Assembly: GCA_963776345.1 (NCBI GenBank)
Contig: CAVZMH010000015.1
Location: 224,001-288,000, forward strand
Source: an uncultured delta proteobacterium
GTDB lineage: Bacteria > Myxococcota > Myxococcia > Myxococcales > Myxococcaceae
Direction of reading: 5' to 3'
DNA length: 64,000 bases
Shown: piece after piece, positions 47,837 through 59,350 of the stretch
Position numbering within the stretch: position 1 is the stretch's first letter
Layout of the letters: the number at the start of each line of letters is the position of its first letter
Notes under the pieces: generated by a model
Told to the model about the DNA's origin: nothing
What the model saw: only the letters and a program-made list of their open reading frames with translations
The model's database searches: none
Made by a program: the position numbers and the translations under genes

Positions 47837-48856
47837 TCAGGAGCTGGGCGGCGGACCGAGGAAGTCGAGCGGGTCCACCGGGGCGCCGTCCTGACGCACC
47901 TCGAAGTGGAGGTGCGGGCCGCTCGTCTTCCCGGACTCGCCCACCGTGGCGATGACCTGCCCCTCGCGCACCGGCTGGCCGGTCCGGACCCGCAGGTCGC
48001 GGTTGTGCGCGTAGACCGTCACCAGCCCGTGTGCATGCTCGATGATGACCAGGAGGCCGTAGCCCTGCTGCGGCCCGGCGAAGAGGACCGAGCCCTCGCC
48101 GGAGGTGCGGACCGGCGTGCCCGCGGGCGCCGCCAGGTCGATGCCGTCGTGCGGTGACTTCCCCTTGCGGCCGAAGCGCGCGTAGAGCACGCCCCGGAGC
48201 GGCCACTGGAGCTGCCCCGAGCTGCGCCGCACGCTTCCGAGCGGCGCCCTTCCCACCTGGGCCGCCGGCGGGAGCGCCCCGAGCACGCTCGACTCGATGC
48301 GGCCGGGCCCGTGCGGATCACGCCGGGCCGACGCGCCGGCGCGGTCGGACGGCCGCTCGGGCTCGGGGTCGGCGCCCGCGCTCGCTCCAGAGGTCGAGGG
48401 CTGCAGCGTCCCCGCCGGCTTCCCGGCCGCATCGAACGCCGCAGCGAGCTCAGGAGGCAGCACGTGCGAGCCCTCGCGCTCGGTCGAGGCCGGAGCAGGC
48501 ACGACCAGCACCTGGCCAACCGCGAGCGGCGCCGAGACCGAGATGCCGTTCATCTCCGCAAGGGCCGCGGGGGCGATGCCCAGTCCACGGGCGATGCGGT
48601 ACAGCGTGTCACCGGCGGCCACCCGGTGCGTGCCCGGCGCGGGAACGGAAGCGGCCGTCGCCACCGGATGTTCGTCCGACAGGTCCGGCTCGGCGTGGGC
48701 CGGGGCGAGGACCACCCGCGGCCCCTCCGGCGTCATGCGCCGGGGCGCCGGCAGGTCGTCGGTCCGGAGGCTGCTCCGGGTGCGTGGACGTTCGCCGCTC
48801 ACCGGGGTGCCGCAGCCAGAGGCGAGCGCGGTCAGGAACCCCAGCGCGCAGAGCAC
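47837..48856 (-). CDS. LysM + M23 peptidase lipoprotein (NlpD-like)
   Basis: Lipobox ASGC, LysM HRVAAGDTLYRIA, HDGID, YAHN, HLHFEVR; follows surE. Start uncertain. Confidence 0.88.
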   Translation of the reverse strand: MLCALGFLTALASGCGTPVSGERPRTRSSLRTDDLPAPRRMTPEGPRVVLAPAHAEPDLSDEHPVATAASVPAPGTHRVAAGDTLYRIARGLGIAPAALAEMNGISVSAPLAVGQVLVVPAPASTEREGSHVLPPELAAAFDAAGKPAGTLQPSTSGASAGADPEPERPSDRAGASARRDPHGPGRIESSVLGALPPAAQVGRAPLGSVRRSSGQLQWPLRGVLYARFGRKGKSPHDGIDLAAPAGTPVRTSGEGSVLFAGPQQGYGLLVIIEHAHGLVTVYAHNRDLRVRTGQPVREGQVIATVGESGKTSGPHLHFEVRQDGAPVDPLDFLGPPPSS

Positions 48857-48965
48857 ACCGGTGCCCGGCCGCCGAACGGCCTGGACCGGCAGGTCTCGGG
48901 TGGGGACCCGATGCAGCAGGGAACACGCCTCCAGCGGACAGGTGTACCCCGGAACCCGGGGCGCA

Positions 48966-49742
48966 TCAGATTTTCGCCGAACCCTGGCGCTCGAAGCCAT
49001 CCACCGGCCAGCGCATCAGCTCCTCCATGCGCTGCAGGTCGGTCAGGTCGAGCAGGACGGGGGTGACCGAGATGAGCTGCTCGTCCAGCACTGCGTTGCA
49101 GTCGCTGCCCGGCAGGTCCTCGTGCGAGTACTCGTTGCCGCCGATCCAGTAGTAGCGCCGGCCGCGCGGGTCCCTGTTCTCCACCACCCGGTTCCCATAG
49201 CTGTGCCGGCCGAGGCGGGTCACCGCCCAGCCGCGCGGCTCGGCCACCCCGGGCACGTTCACGTTCAGGAGGAGCCGGGGTGGGAGCGGCTGCGCGAGCG
49301 CGGCGCGGGTGAGCGAGCGGGCGAACCGCGCGGCCTGGGTGAAATCCAGCGCCCGCCCGCGGGCCACCAGGCTGAAGGCGATGGCCGGCACGCCGAGCAG
49401 GGTCGCCTCCATGGCCGCGGCCACCGTCCCCGAGTAGGTGACGTCGTCCGCCATGTTCGGGCCGTGGTTGATGCCCGACACGGCCAGGGCCGGCAGCTCG
49501 TCCTTCATCAGGTGGTGGATGGCGAGGTACGCGCAGTCGGTGGGCGTGCCGTCCACCGCGAACCACCGCGGCTTGACCTTGCGGATCCGGAGGGGCCGGG
49601 TGAGCGAGATCGCGTGGGCGGCCGCGCTCTGCTCGTGCTCGGGCGCCACCACCCACACCTCGCCGAGCGGCTCCACCGCCTCGGCCAGCGCGGCGACGCC
49701 GGCGGACCCGATGCCGTCGTCGTTCGAGACCAGGATCCGGAT
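48966..49742 (-). CDS. surE: 5'/3'-nucleotidase SurE; first codon reads ATC
   Basis: (I)RILVSNDDG, VVAP..EQS, GTPTDC, SGINHGPN, YSGTVAAAME, ISVTP. Confidence 0.93.
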   Translation of the reverse strand: MRILVSNDDGIGSAGVAALAEAVEPLGEVWVVAPEHEQSAAAHAISLTRPLRIRKVKPRWFAVDGTPTDCAYLAIHHLMKDELPALAVSGINHGPNMADDVTYSGTVAAAMEATLLGVPAIAFSLVARGRALDFTQAARFARSLTRAALAQPLPPRLLLNVNVPGVAEPRGWAVTRLGRHSYGNRVVENRDPRGRRYYWIGGNEYSHEDLPGSDCNAVLDEQLISVTPVLLDLTDLQRMEELMRWPVDGFERQGSAKI

Positions 49743-49744
49743 GG

Positions 49745-51094
<1,350 letters not shown>

Positions 51095-51286
51095 CTAGTG
51101 CAGGCGGCGAAGGTCGATGACCACGACGCCGCGCTTGGGCTTCTCCTCGCGGCCGTCCTCGTCGCTGCGGCGCACCGGGCGCTCGTCGGGAGCCGGCAGA
51201 GGCAGCTCCACCGCTGGTCGCTCGCGCTCGTCGCGCTCCGGCCGATCCCGGCGGCTGACCTCGTCGATGACGAAGCTGTCGAGCAT
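51095..51286 (-). CDS. Small charged hypothetical protein
   Basis: MLDSFVIDE...RPAVELPLP...RGVVVIDL; pattern recalled from myxobacterial small proteins, not verified. Confidence 0.65.
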   Translation of the reverse strand: MLDSFVIDEVSRRDRPERDERERPAVELPLPAPDERPVRRSDEDGREEKPKRGVVVIDLRRLH

Positions 51287-51345
51287 TGTGATCATTGTAG
51301 TGCCTGAGGCCCCCCCCGCAAGCGCCGACTTCCCCCGCGTCTTGC

Positions 51346-51771
51346 TCAGCGCGCCTCCGCTCGTTTCTTGAATGCTTCCAGCATCTTGGGCAGCGACTGA
51401 TCGACCAGGGCGTTCACGATGGACCGCGGTACCAGCGGACCCACTCCCACCTCGATGGTGTACGTCGCGCGGGTCATGCCCTCGGGAGTGGGCTCGAGCG
51501 TCCAGCTGCCCCTGTTGTCGCGCATCACCTCGCCCCTCACGAACGTCCAGCGCACGGAGCGGGGCCGCTCCTCGACCATGTGCAGCGTGTAGTGGATGCG
51601 CTTCACCAGGTCGATGCCGTAGTGGACGTCGACCTCGTTGCCGCGGCGGTCGGAGCTCCGGGCCTCCTTCACCTCGGAGAGGAACTCGGCGTAGCGGTCG
51701 TAGTCGACGATGATCTCGAACACCCGCTCCGGCGGAGCGGCGATCACCACGCTGCGGGTCGCCCCGGCCAT
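51346..51771 (-). CDS. SRPBCC/START (RatA/COQ10-like) family protein
   Basis: IAAPPERVFEIIVDYDRYAEFL, NRGSWTLEP, FKKRAE; stop/start overlap with glpX. Confidence 0.88.
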   Translation of the reverse strand: MAGATRSVVIAAPPERVFEIIVDYDRYAEFLSEVKEARSSDRRGNEVDVHYGIDLVKRIHYTLHMVEERPRSVRWTFVRGEVMRDNRGSWTLEPTPEGMTRATYTIEVGVGPLVPRSIVNALVDQSLPKMLEAFKKRAEAR

Positions 51772-52751
51772 CAGTGGCCTCCCTCGCGCGAGAAGTACTC
51801 GGGCTTCTTGTCGAAGCGGTGGTGGGCGTTCACGTAGCGGATGGTGCCGGTCTTGCTGCGCATCACCACTGACCAGGTCTCCGCCCCGCCGCCGAAGAAG
51901 CGCACCCCGCGCAGGAAGTCGCTCGAGGTCACTCCGGTGGCGGCGAACATCACCTCGCCCTGCGCCAGCTCCTCGGCGGTGTAGATCCGGTTCATGTCGG
52001 TGATGCCCATCTTCCGCGCCCGGACCACCTCCTCGTCGTTGCGCGGCTTGAGCCGGCCCTGCATGTCGCCTCCCACCGCCTTCACCGCCGCGGCGGTGAT
52101 CACCCCCTCGGGCGCGCCGCCGACGCCCATCAGCACGTCGACGCCGGTCTCGGGGAAGCAGGTGGCCACGCCGCCTGCGACGTCGCCGTCCTCGATCAGG
52201 CGGATGCGGGCGCCGACCGACCGCACCTCGCGGATGAGCAGCTCGTGGCGAGGCCGGTCGAGGATGACCACCGTCAGGTCGTTCATCTGGCGGCCGAGCG
52301 CCGCGGCGATGGACTGAAGGTTCTCGGTGGTGCTCTTGCGCAGATCGATGGCGCCGCGCGCCTGCGGCCCCACGGCCAGCTTCTCCATGTATGTATCGGG
52401 GGCGTTGAGCAGGTTCCCTCTCTCGGCCAGCGCTACCACCGCGATGGCGCCGGGACGCCCGTAGGCGCAGAGGTTGGTGCCCTCCAGCGGATCGAGGGCG
52501 ATGTCGATGCCGGGATCGTCGTGCTCCCAGCGCCCCACCTTCTCGCCGATGTAGAGCATGGGCGCCTCGTCGCGCTCGCCCTCGCCGATGACCACCGTGC
52601 CCTGGATCAGAAGGGTGTCGAAGGCCCGCCGCATGGCGTCCACCGCCGCCTGGTCCGAGAGGTTCTTCTCGCCTCGCCCCATCAGCCGCGCCGCGGCGAT
52701 CGCCGCCAGCTCGGTGACGCGCACCACTTCCAGCGCCAGGTTGCGGTCCAT
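51771..52751 (-). CDS. glpX: Fructose-1,6-bisphosphatase class II
   Basis: [49 protein letters not shown]. Confidence 0.96.
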   Translation of the reverse strand: MDRNLALEVVRVTELAAIAAARLMGRGEKNLSDQAAVDAMRRAFDTLLIQGTVVIGEGERDEAPMLYIGEKVGRWEHDDPGIDIALDPLEGTNLCAYGRPGAIAVVALAERGNLLNAPDTYMEKLAVGPQARGAIDLRKSTTENLQSIAAALGRQMNDLTVVILDRPRHELLIREVRSVGARIRLIEDGDVAGGVATCFPETGVDVLMGVGGAPEGVITAAAVKAVGGDMQGRLKPRNDEEVVRARKMGITDMNRIYTAEELAQGEVMFAATGVTSSDFLRGVRFFGGGAETWSVVMRSKTGTIRYVNAHHRFDKKPEYFSREGGH

Positions 52752-52852
52752 GGACGTCCTCCTCCCCCGTACGGCCCTGGACCGTACCGCGGCCCGTGGA
52801 GGGAGGCGACGGTTCCGGCGTTCCCTCCCGCGGGCCCGGTGCACTCCGGCCG

Positions 52853-53254
52853 TCAGGCGGTGGACGGCGAGGCGAGCGCGGCCACCCAGTCCGGCAGGCG
52901 GGCCGGCCGGCCGGTCTTCCCAAGGCAGGCGTGGACGGTGGTCCCGGTGCACAGCACCCCGGGCTCTCCCTCGCGGGTGACCTGGTAGCGGAAGCTGAGC
53001 GTCACCCGGGTCACCGCGGGGACCTCGATGCCCACCAGGAGCACGTCCTCGTAGCGCGCCGGTGCCACGTACCGGCAGGTGGCCTCGACCACCGGGAGGC
53101 CGAAGCCCTCGGCCTCCATCTCGCGGTAGCTGCGGCCGTGCGCGCGCAGGAACTCGCTCCGGGCGAACTCGAAGTAGCGGAGGTAGTTCGCGTAGTACAC
53201 GATCCCCATCTGGTCGGTGTCCCCGTAGATGACCCGCACCCGCGCCTGGAACAT
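52853..53254 (-). CDS. Acyl-CoA thioesterase (YbgC/FadM family)
   Basis: [37 protein letters not shown]. Confidence 0.92.
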   Translation of the reverse strand: MFQARVRVIYGDTDQMGIVYYANYLRYFEFARSEFLRAHGRSYREMEAEGFGLPVVEATCRYVAPARYEDVLLVGIEVPAVTRVTLSFRYQVTREGEPGVLCTGTTVHACLGKTGRPARLPDWVAALASPSTA

Positions 53255-53350
53255 CGTGCCCCTCCTGTCGGTGACGGTAGGCGCGGCGCCGCGGGCGGGA
53301 CAAGCGCCGCCCAGGGATCGACGCCGGGCGGCTACACTGCCCGGTCTCCG

Positions 53351-54967
53351 ATGACCCGCGCCCTCAGCCTCGCCCTGCTCCTGCTTGCTTCGCCCGCGCT
53401 CGCCAAGCCTCCCCGGTTGACGCTCTTCATCGCCGTGGACGCCCTGGGGACGGACCTGCTCCTCCGTTCCCGGGCCCAGCTCCATGCGGGGCTGGCCCAG
53501 CTCCTCGACAAGGGGGCGTTCTACCCGGACGTGCGCTACCAGCAGGGGCAGGTGGCCACCGCGCCGGGGCACACCGTGCTCTCCACCGGCGCCTACCCCT
53601 GGCGCACCGGCGTGGTCGGCAACCGGGTGATGGACCGCGCCACCGGCAAGGACGAGCCCGTCTTCTGGGACCCCACCCATCCGGTGCTCGAGGGCCCGGC
53701 CGGCGTGGAGGACGTCTCGCCCGAGGCGCTGCTCGCCGAGACGCTTTCCGACCACCTGAAGCTCTTCACCGGAGGCCGGGGCAAGGCCATCGCCCTCTCC
53801 GGCAAGGCGCGGGCGGCCATCGCGCTCGCCGGACGGCTGGGCCAGGCGTTCTGGTTCAACGAGCAGGTGGGCCGGTTCGTCACCGGGACGGCCTACATGA
53901 AGGAGCTCCCGGCGTGGCTCCGCACGTTCAACGACCGCCGCCTGCCGGACTCGGCGTTCGGCGTCGACTGGGGGCTGGCGCTCCCGAGCAAGGAGTACCT
54001 GGGCGAGGACGACCGGCCGTTCGAGTCACCCGCCTACGGGATGCGCCGGACCTTCCCCCACCCGCTCAACGGCGGCGCGCCCAGTCCCGGCCCGCCGTCG
54101 TACGCCGCGTTCGCCTCGTCGCCGGGCGCGAACGACCTCCTGGTGCAGGCGGCGAAGGCCGCCATCGTGGCCGAGGGCCTGGGCAAGGACGACGTGCCCG
54201 ACATCCTCTCCATCAGCTTCAGCGCCACCGACCTCATCTACCACCACTACGGCCCCTACTCCTGGGAGATGCAGGACGCGCTGGTGCGGCTGGACCGGCA
54301 GATCGGCGAGCTGCTCGTGGCGGCGGAGAAGGCGGCCGGCGGCCGCCAGAATCTCCTGGTGGTGCTCTCCTCGGACCACGGCGGCGCGGCACTCCCAGAG
54401 GAGTGGATCGCCGCCGGGGTGAACGCCACGCGGGTGAAGCCCTCGGTCCTGCGCCAGGGGCTCGCCCTGGAGCTCCAGACGCGCTTCGGGGCGCAGCTGC
54501 TGATGGGCATGGTGGACCGCGACGTGTTCCTCAACCCGAAGGTCCTGGCGGAGAAGAAGCTCGACGGGGCGGTGGTGCGCCGGGCCGCGGCCGACTGGCT
54601 GTCCCGCCAGCCCGGCATCGCGCTCGCCGTCTCGACCGACGACCTCGAGTCCGGCCAGGAGCTGAGCGGCTTCCTCCCCGCGCTCCGCCGGGGCCACTAC
54701 CCCGGCCGGAGCGGGGACGTGACCTTCCTCCTGCGGCCGTTCGCGGTCTTCACCGAGGGGGACGCCGGGACCACCCACGGCGAGCCCTACGCCTACGACA
54801 ACCAGGTGCCGCTGGTGCTCTACGGCAAGGGCGTGAAGCCGGGGCTCTACCGGATGCAGGTCCACGCCAGCGACGTCGCGCCCACCACCGCCCTCCTGAT
54901 GGAGATGGGCGCTCCGGCCTCGGCCGAGGGCGAGCCGCGCGCGGAGTGCATCGTCCAGGGGCGCTAG
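53351..54967 (+). CDS. Alkaline phosphatase superfamily protein (PafA/NPP-like)
   Basis: Signal peptide, IAVDA, TAPGH, SATDLIYH.YGP, SSDHG, HG.PY.YD.QVPL. Confidence 0.9.
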   Translation: MTRALSLALLLLASPALAKPPRLTLFIAVDALGTDLLLRSRAQLHAGLAQLLDKGAFYPDVRYQQGQVATAPGHTVLSTGAYPWRTGVVGNRVMDRATGKDEPVFWDPTHPVLEGPAGVEDVSPEALLAETLSDHLKLFTGGRGKAIALSGKARAAIALAGRLGQAFWFNEQVGRFVTGTAYMKELPAWLRTFNDRRLPDSAFGVDWGLALPSKEYLGEDDRPFESPAYGMRRTFPHPLNGGAPSPGPPSYAAFASSPGANDLLVQAAKAAIVAEGLGKDDVPDILSISFSATDLIYHHYGPYSWEMQDALVRLDRQIGELLVAAEKAAGGRQNLLVVLSSDHGGAALPEEWIAAGVNATRVKPSVLRQGLALELQTRFGAQLLMGMVDRDVFLNPKVLAEKKLDGAVVRRAAADWLSRQPGIALAVSTDDLESGQELSGFLPALRRGHYPGRSGDVTFLLRPFAVFTEGDAGTTHGEPYAYDNQVPLVLYGKGVKPGLYRMQVHASDVAPTTALLMEMGAPASAEGEPRAECIVQGR

Positions 54968-55152
54968 GGCCGCCCGGAGATCTGCCGGCGGAGGTCGTCG
55001 TCCTTCTGGTTGCCGGTGGTGGTCGGCGGCTCGCTGGACTTGCCGGTCGACGGGTCGATGCAGCCTCCCGGGCCGGAGCCCCCGCCACACACGCGTGTGC
55101 TGGCACAGCCGGTCGAGAGCACGACGAGCATCCCCAGGACGATCGAGCGCAC
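54964..55152 (-). CDS. Small lipoprotein (62 aa)
   Basis: GTG after AGAGGAGGAG; hydrophobic leader ending STGC; two further Cys. Confidence 0.6.
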   Translation of the reverse strand: MRSIVLGMLVVLSTGCASTRVCGGGSGPGGCIDPSTGKSSEPPTTTGNQKDDDLRRQISGRP

Positions 55153-55279
55153 GGCGCTCCTCCTCTGCCGCCGGAGCTCCGGCCCCGGTCCACCCCGCGA
55201 GGTTAGCGCCGGCCGCGGCTCGCGCAGCGCCACCGGGAGATGCATGCAGCGAGCGGATCGATCGACGCCGCTGGCGGCG

Positions 55280-56116
55280 CTAGCGCTCGATGATCTCCAG
55301 CGACAGGTCCATCGCCCGCGCCGAATGGGTGAGCGCGCCCATGGAGACGAAGTCCACCCCCAGCTTCGCCAGCCGAGGCAGCCGCTCCAGCGTCACGTTC
55401 CCCGAGACCTCGAGCCGCACCTTCCCCGCCGCGAGCCGCACCGCCTCGGCCACCGTGGCGTCGTCCATGTTGTCCAGCAACACCACGTCCGCGCCGCCGG
55501 CGATCGCGTCGGGCAGCTGCTCGAGCCGGGTGACCTCGATCTCGATCTTCACCAGCTGGGGCGCCTGGGCCCGGGCGCGCCGGAGCGCCTCCCCCACGTC
55601 CCCGCCCACCGCGGCGAGGTGGTTGTCCTTGATCAGGACGCCATCGAAGAGGCCGAAGCGGTGGTTGGACGCGCCGCCCGCCCGGACCGCCTCCTTGGAG
55701 AGCGACCGCATCCCGGGACTGGTCTTGCGGGTATCGAGGATGCGGAGCCGCGAGCCGCGCACCGCGTCCGCCGCCTGCGCGGCGAGCGTGGCGATGCCAC
55801 AGGTCCGCTGGAGGATGTTCAGCGCGGTCCGCTCGCCGACCAGCAGCGTCCGCAGCCCGGCCGAGACGGTCCCGATGGCCGAGCGGCCCCCGATGCGCGC
55901 TCCGTCGGGGTGCGAGAAGCCCACCTCGGCCGAGGGCTCGAGCCGGGTGAAGACCCGGGCGAAGGCGCGCGTGCCCGCGAGGACCAGCGGCTCCTTCGCC
56001 CAGACCTCCGCCCGTCCCCGAGCCTCCTCGGGGACGAGCGCCTGGGTGGTGACGTCACCGGCCGCGCCCAGGTCCTCCTCCAGCGCCAGGTCGATCAGTC
56101 GGTCGACGAAGTCCAT
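55280..56116 (-). CDS. nadC: Nicotinate-nucleotide diphosphorylase (carboxylating)
   Basis: ALEED...GDVTT, ERTALN, DTRKT, HRFGLFD..LIKDNH, LLDN, GALTHSA. Confidence 0.96.
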   Translation of the reverse strand: MDFVDRLIDLALEEDLGAAGDVTTQALVPEEARGRAEVWAKEPLVLAGTRAFARVFTRLEPSAEVGFSHPDGARIGGRSAIGTVSAGLRTLLVGERTALNILQRTCGIATLAAQAADAVRGSRLRILDTRKTSPGMRSLSKEAVRAGGASNHRFGLFDGVLIKDNHLAAVGGDVGEALRRARAQAPQLVKIEIEVTRLEQLPDAIAGGADVVLLDNMDDATVAEAVRLAAGKVRLEVSGNVTLERLPRLAKLGVDFVSMGALTHSARAMDLSLEIIER

Positions 56117-56156
56117 GGCCTGAGGAGACGTGGCACGCCGGCGCGCGACGGTGCGA

Positions 56157-56561
56157 CTAGCGCCGGGACCGGCGGCCGGCGCGCCTCGCCTTGCGGACGC
56201 CCCGGCGGACCGTCCGCCGGGCCTTGCCCGCGCCCTTGCGGGCCGTGCGGCGGGCCTTCCGCACACCCTTGCGAGCCGTGCGGCGGGCCTTCCGCGCGCC
56301 CCTGCGCCCGGAGCTCTTCTTCGCCGGCTTGCGGGCGGCCTTTCGCTTCGGCGCCGCCTTCTTCTTGCCGGCCGCCTTCCGCTTGGGCGCGGAGCGACGC
56401 GGGCGCGGAGCAGCGGGAGGCGCAGCCGGGGCAGCCGACTCGCCGCCGCCCATGCCCATCCCCATGCCGGTGCTCTCGGATGCGGGCGCGGCGGGCTGGC
56501 CGCCCATGCCTCCCATCCCGTACGACTGCTCCATCTCTTCCGGGGTTCTCTCCTCGGACAT
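56157..56561 (-). CDS. Histone H1/protamine-like basic protein
   Basis: GGAGGG RBS; acidic/GM-rich N-terminus, K/R/A-rich tail. Confidence 0.75.
   Translation of the reverse strand: MSEERTPEEMEQSYGMGGMGGQPAAPASESTGMGMGMGGGESAAPAAPPAAPRPRRSAPKRKAAGKKKAAPKRKAARKPAKKSSGRRGARKARRTARKGVRKARRTARKGAGKARRTVRRGVRKARRAGRRSRR
56169..56300 (-). repeat. 4 x 33-bp coding tandem repeat
   Basis: Encodes GARKARRTARK/GVRKARRTARK/GAGKARRTVRR/GVRKARRAGRR. Confidence 0.85.
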
Positions 56562-56574
56562 CGTTCCCTCCAGG

Positions 56575-59331
56575 TCAGATCCGACTGAGGTTGTCCAACA
56601 GCTTGGCCCTCCGGGCCTCGAGCTCGATCACCCGGGCCCGATCCTTCTCCACCACGTCGGCCGGAGCCCGCGCGACAAAGCTCGGATTGTCCAGCTTTCG
56701 CCTCAAGGCTGCCAGATCCGACTCGACGCGGGCGATCTCTTTCCGCAGGCGCGCGCGTTCCTCGTCGAGATCCAGGAGCCCTGCCAGCGGAACGTAGACC
56801 GCCACTCCCTGTCCCACCCAGGACGCGGACGACGGCGGCGGCGCCCCCACCGGCTGCAGCACCAGCTCCGACAGCCCGGCCAGCGGCTCGAGGTACCCCC
56901 GCCAGCGCGCGAGGCCGGCGCGGAGCGCGGCGTCGTCGGTCTGCACCACCGCCCGAATCCTCTGGAGTGGCGGGAGGTTGCTCTCGCCCCGGACGTTGCG
57001 GATGCCGTCGATGACCGCGATGAGCGGGGCCATCTCCGCCTCGGCCGCGGGGTCCTCGGCGCCGGCCTCGGGGTAGGCGGCAAGCATCAGGAATGCGTCT
57101 TCCGGCACGCCCGGGAGCCGGTGCCAGATCTCCTCGGTGATGAAGGGGATGAAGGGGTGCAGGAGCCGCAGCACCCGGTCCAGCACGTGAATCAGCACCG
57201 CCCGGGTGGTGTCGCCCCGCTCGGCGTCGTCGCCCTGCAGGGCGGGCTTGGCGAGCTCGATGTACCAGTCACAGAACGCGTGCCAGGTGAACTGATAGGC
57301 CGCCGAGGCGGCCTCGGCGAACTCGTACCGGCCGAGCGCCTCGCTCACCTCGCGCGTCACCCGCTCGGTGCGCGAGAGGATCCACCGGTCGGCGAGCGTC
57401 AGCGGGCGCTGGGGCAAGGGCCGGCTCCCGGGATGGAAGTCGCCGAGGTACAGGAGCAGGAAGCGCGAGGCGTTCCACAGCTTGTTGGTGAATGCCTTGT
57501 AGCCGTTGACCCGATCGAGCGAGAGCTTGATGTCCCTCCCCTGCGCGGCCAGCGCCGCGAGCGTGTAACGCAGCGCGTCGGCGCCGAACGCCGGCATGCC
57601 CTGGGGGAACTTGTTGCGCAGGCTCGGGGGCAGGTCCTGCGGCTTCGCGCCGTGGATGACGTCGAGCGGGTCGACGACGTTCCCCTTCACCTTCGACATC
57701 TTCTCGCCCTTCTCGTCGCGCACCATCGCGTGCAGGTAGACGGCGCGGAAGGGCACGTCGCCCATGAAGTGGAGGCCCATCATCATCATCCGGGCCACCC
57801 AGAAGAACAGGATGTCGTGCCCGGTCTCGAGCACCGAGGTCGGGTAGAAGGTCCCGAGCTCGGGGGTGCGCTCGGGCCAGCCCAGCGTGCTGAACGGCCA
57901 CAGCGCCGAGCTGAACCAGGTGTCGAGCACGTCCGGATCCTGGGTCAGCGCCGAGCCGCGGCACGACGGACAGGAGGGGGGCCGAGTCCGCGCGACGATG
58001 GGCGTGCCCTTCTCGAGGTCGAGCGCGCCGGACGGCGTGCGCGGGGTGCAAGCGTCGCAGTACCAGGCGGGAATCTGGTGCCCCCACCACAGCTGGCGGC
58101 TCACGCACCAGTCCTGGATGTTGCGCATCCAGTGGAAGTAGGTGGCCCGCCACGTCTCGGGGAGGATCTGGGTGCGGCCCTGCTCCACCGCCTGGATGGC
58201 CGGCGTCGCCAGCGGCTCGATGCGCACGAACCACTGCGGGGACAGCCGCGGCTCGACGATGGTCCCGCTCCGCTGGCAGAGCCCGATGCTGAGCGCGTGC
58301 GGCTTCTCGGACACCAGCAGCCCGCGCGATTCGAGATCCGCGAGCACGCGCTCGCGGGCCTCGAACCGGTCCAGCCCGGCGTAGGGACCGGCGGCCTCGC
58401 TGGTCCGCGCCGCCTCGTCGAGAATGGAGATCATCTGCAGCTTGTGCCGCAGCCCGGTCTGGTAGTCGTTGAAGTCGTGGGCCGGGGTGACCTTCACCAC
58501 CCCGGTGCCGAACTCGGGGTCCACCAGGGTGGCGTCGGCGATGACCGGGATCTCCCGGTCCAGGAGCGGGAGAATGACCGTCTTGCCCACCAGGTCCCGG
58601 TAGCGCGGATCGTCCGGGTGCACCGCCACCGCGGTGTCCCCGAGCATCGTCTCTGGCCGGGTGGTGGCGACGGTCAGCGCGCGATCCTGCCCCTTCACCG
58701 GGTAGCGGATCTCCCAGATGGAGCCCTGGCGCTCCTCGTGCTCGACCTCGAGGTCGCTGAGCGCGGTCCGGCAGTCCGGGCACCAGTTGATGAGCCGGTT
58801 CGCGCGGTAGAGGAGCCCCTCCTCGTACAGCCGGACGAACACCTCGAGCACCGCGCGCGAGCTGCCCTCGTCCATGGTGAAGCGGGAGCGGCTCCAGTCG
58901 AGGCTCGCCCCGAGGTGCTCGTGCTGCTCCTGGATGCGCGCGCCGTAGCGCTCCTTCCACTCCCAGATGCGACGGACGAACTCGGCGCGGCCGAGGTCGT
59001 AGCGGGACTTATCCTCCGCCTTCTTCAGCTCGCGCTCGACCACCATCTGGGTGGCGATGCCGGCGTGGTCCACGCCCGGCTGCCAGAGCGTGTTGAACCC
59101 GCGCATCCGGTGCCAGCGCACGAGGATGTCCTCCAGCGTCGCGGTCAGCGCATGGCCGATGTGCAGCGAGCCGGTGACGTTGGGCGGCGGGAGGATGATG
59201 CAGTACGGCGGCTTGCTCGACGTGGCCTCGGCCCCGAAGCAGCCCGCATCTTCCCAGCGCCGGTACCAGCGCGCCTCCACCTCCGCAGGCTCGTAGGCCT
59301 TCGGAAGTCCCTCCTGATCGTCGTCCGACAT
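56575..59331 (-). CDS. valS: Valine--tRNA ligase
   Basis: PPPNVTGSLHIGH, TTRPET, DWCVSRQLWWGH, DTWFSS, KMSKVKGN, C-terminal coiled coil. Confidence 0.98.
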   Translation of the reverse strand: MSDDDQEGLPKAYEPAEVEARWYRRWEDAGCFGAEATSSKPPYCIILPPPNVTGSLHIGHALTATLEDILVRWHRMRGFNTLWQPGVDHAGIATQMVVERELKKAEDKSRYDLGRAEFVRRIWEWKERYGARIQEQHEHLGASLDWSRSRFTMDEGSSRAVLEVFVRLYEEGLLYRANRLINWCPDCRTALSDLEVEHEERQGSIWEIRYPVKGQDRALTVATTRPETMLGDTAVAVHPDDPRYRDLVGKTVILPLLDREIPVIADATLVDPEFGTGVVKVTPAHDFNDYQTGLRHKLQMISILDEAARTSEAAGPYAGLDRFEARERVLADLESRGLLVSEKPHALSIGLCQRSGTIVEPRLSPQWFVRIEPLATPAIQAVEQGRTQILPETWRATYFHWMRNIQDWCVSRQLWWGHQIPAWYCDACTPRTPSGALDLEKGTPIVARTRPPSCPSCRGSALTQDPDVLDTWFSSALWPFSTLGWPERTPELGTFYPTSVLETGHDILFFWVARMMMMGLHFMGDVPFRAVYLHAMVRDEKGEKMSKVKGNVVDPLDVIHGAKPQDLPPSLRNKFPQGMPAFGADALRYTLAALAAQGRDIKLSLDRVNGYKAFTNKLWNASRFLLLYLGDFHPGSRPLPQRPLTLADRWILSRTERVTREVSEALGRYEFAEAASAAYQFTWHAFCDWYIELAKPALQGDDAERGDTTRAVLIHVLDRVLRLLHPFIPFITEEIWHRLPGVPEDAFLMLAAYPEAGAEDPAAEAEMAPLIAVIDGIRNVRGESNLPPLQRIRAVVQTDDAALRAGLARWRGYLEPLAGLSELVLQPVGAPPPSSASWVGQGVAVYVPLAGLLDLDEERARLRKEIARVESDLAALRRKLDNPSFVARAPADVVEKDRARVIELEARRAKLLDNLSRI

Positions 59332-59350
59332 GCTCGTCTGGAGGGGGTGT

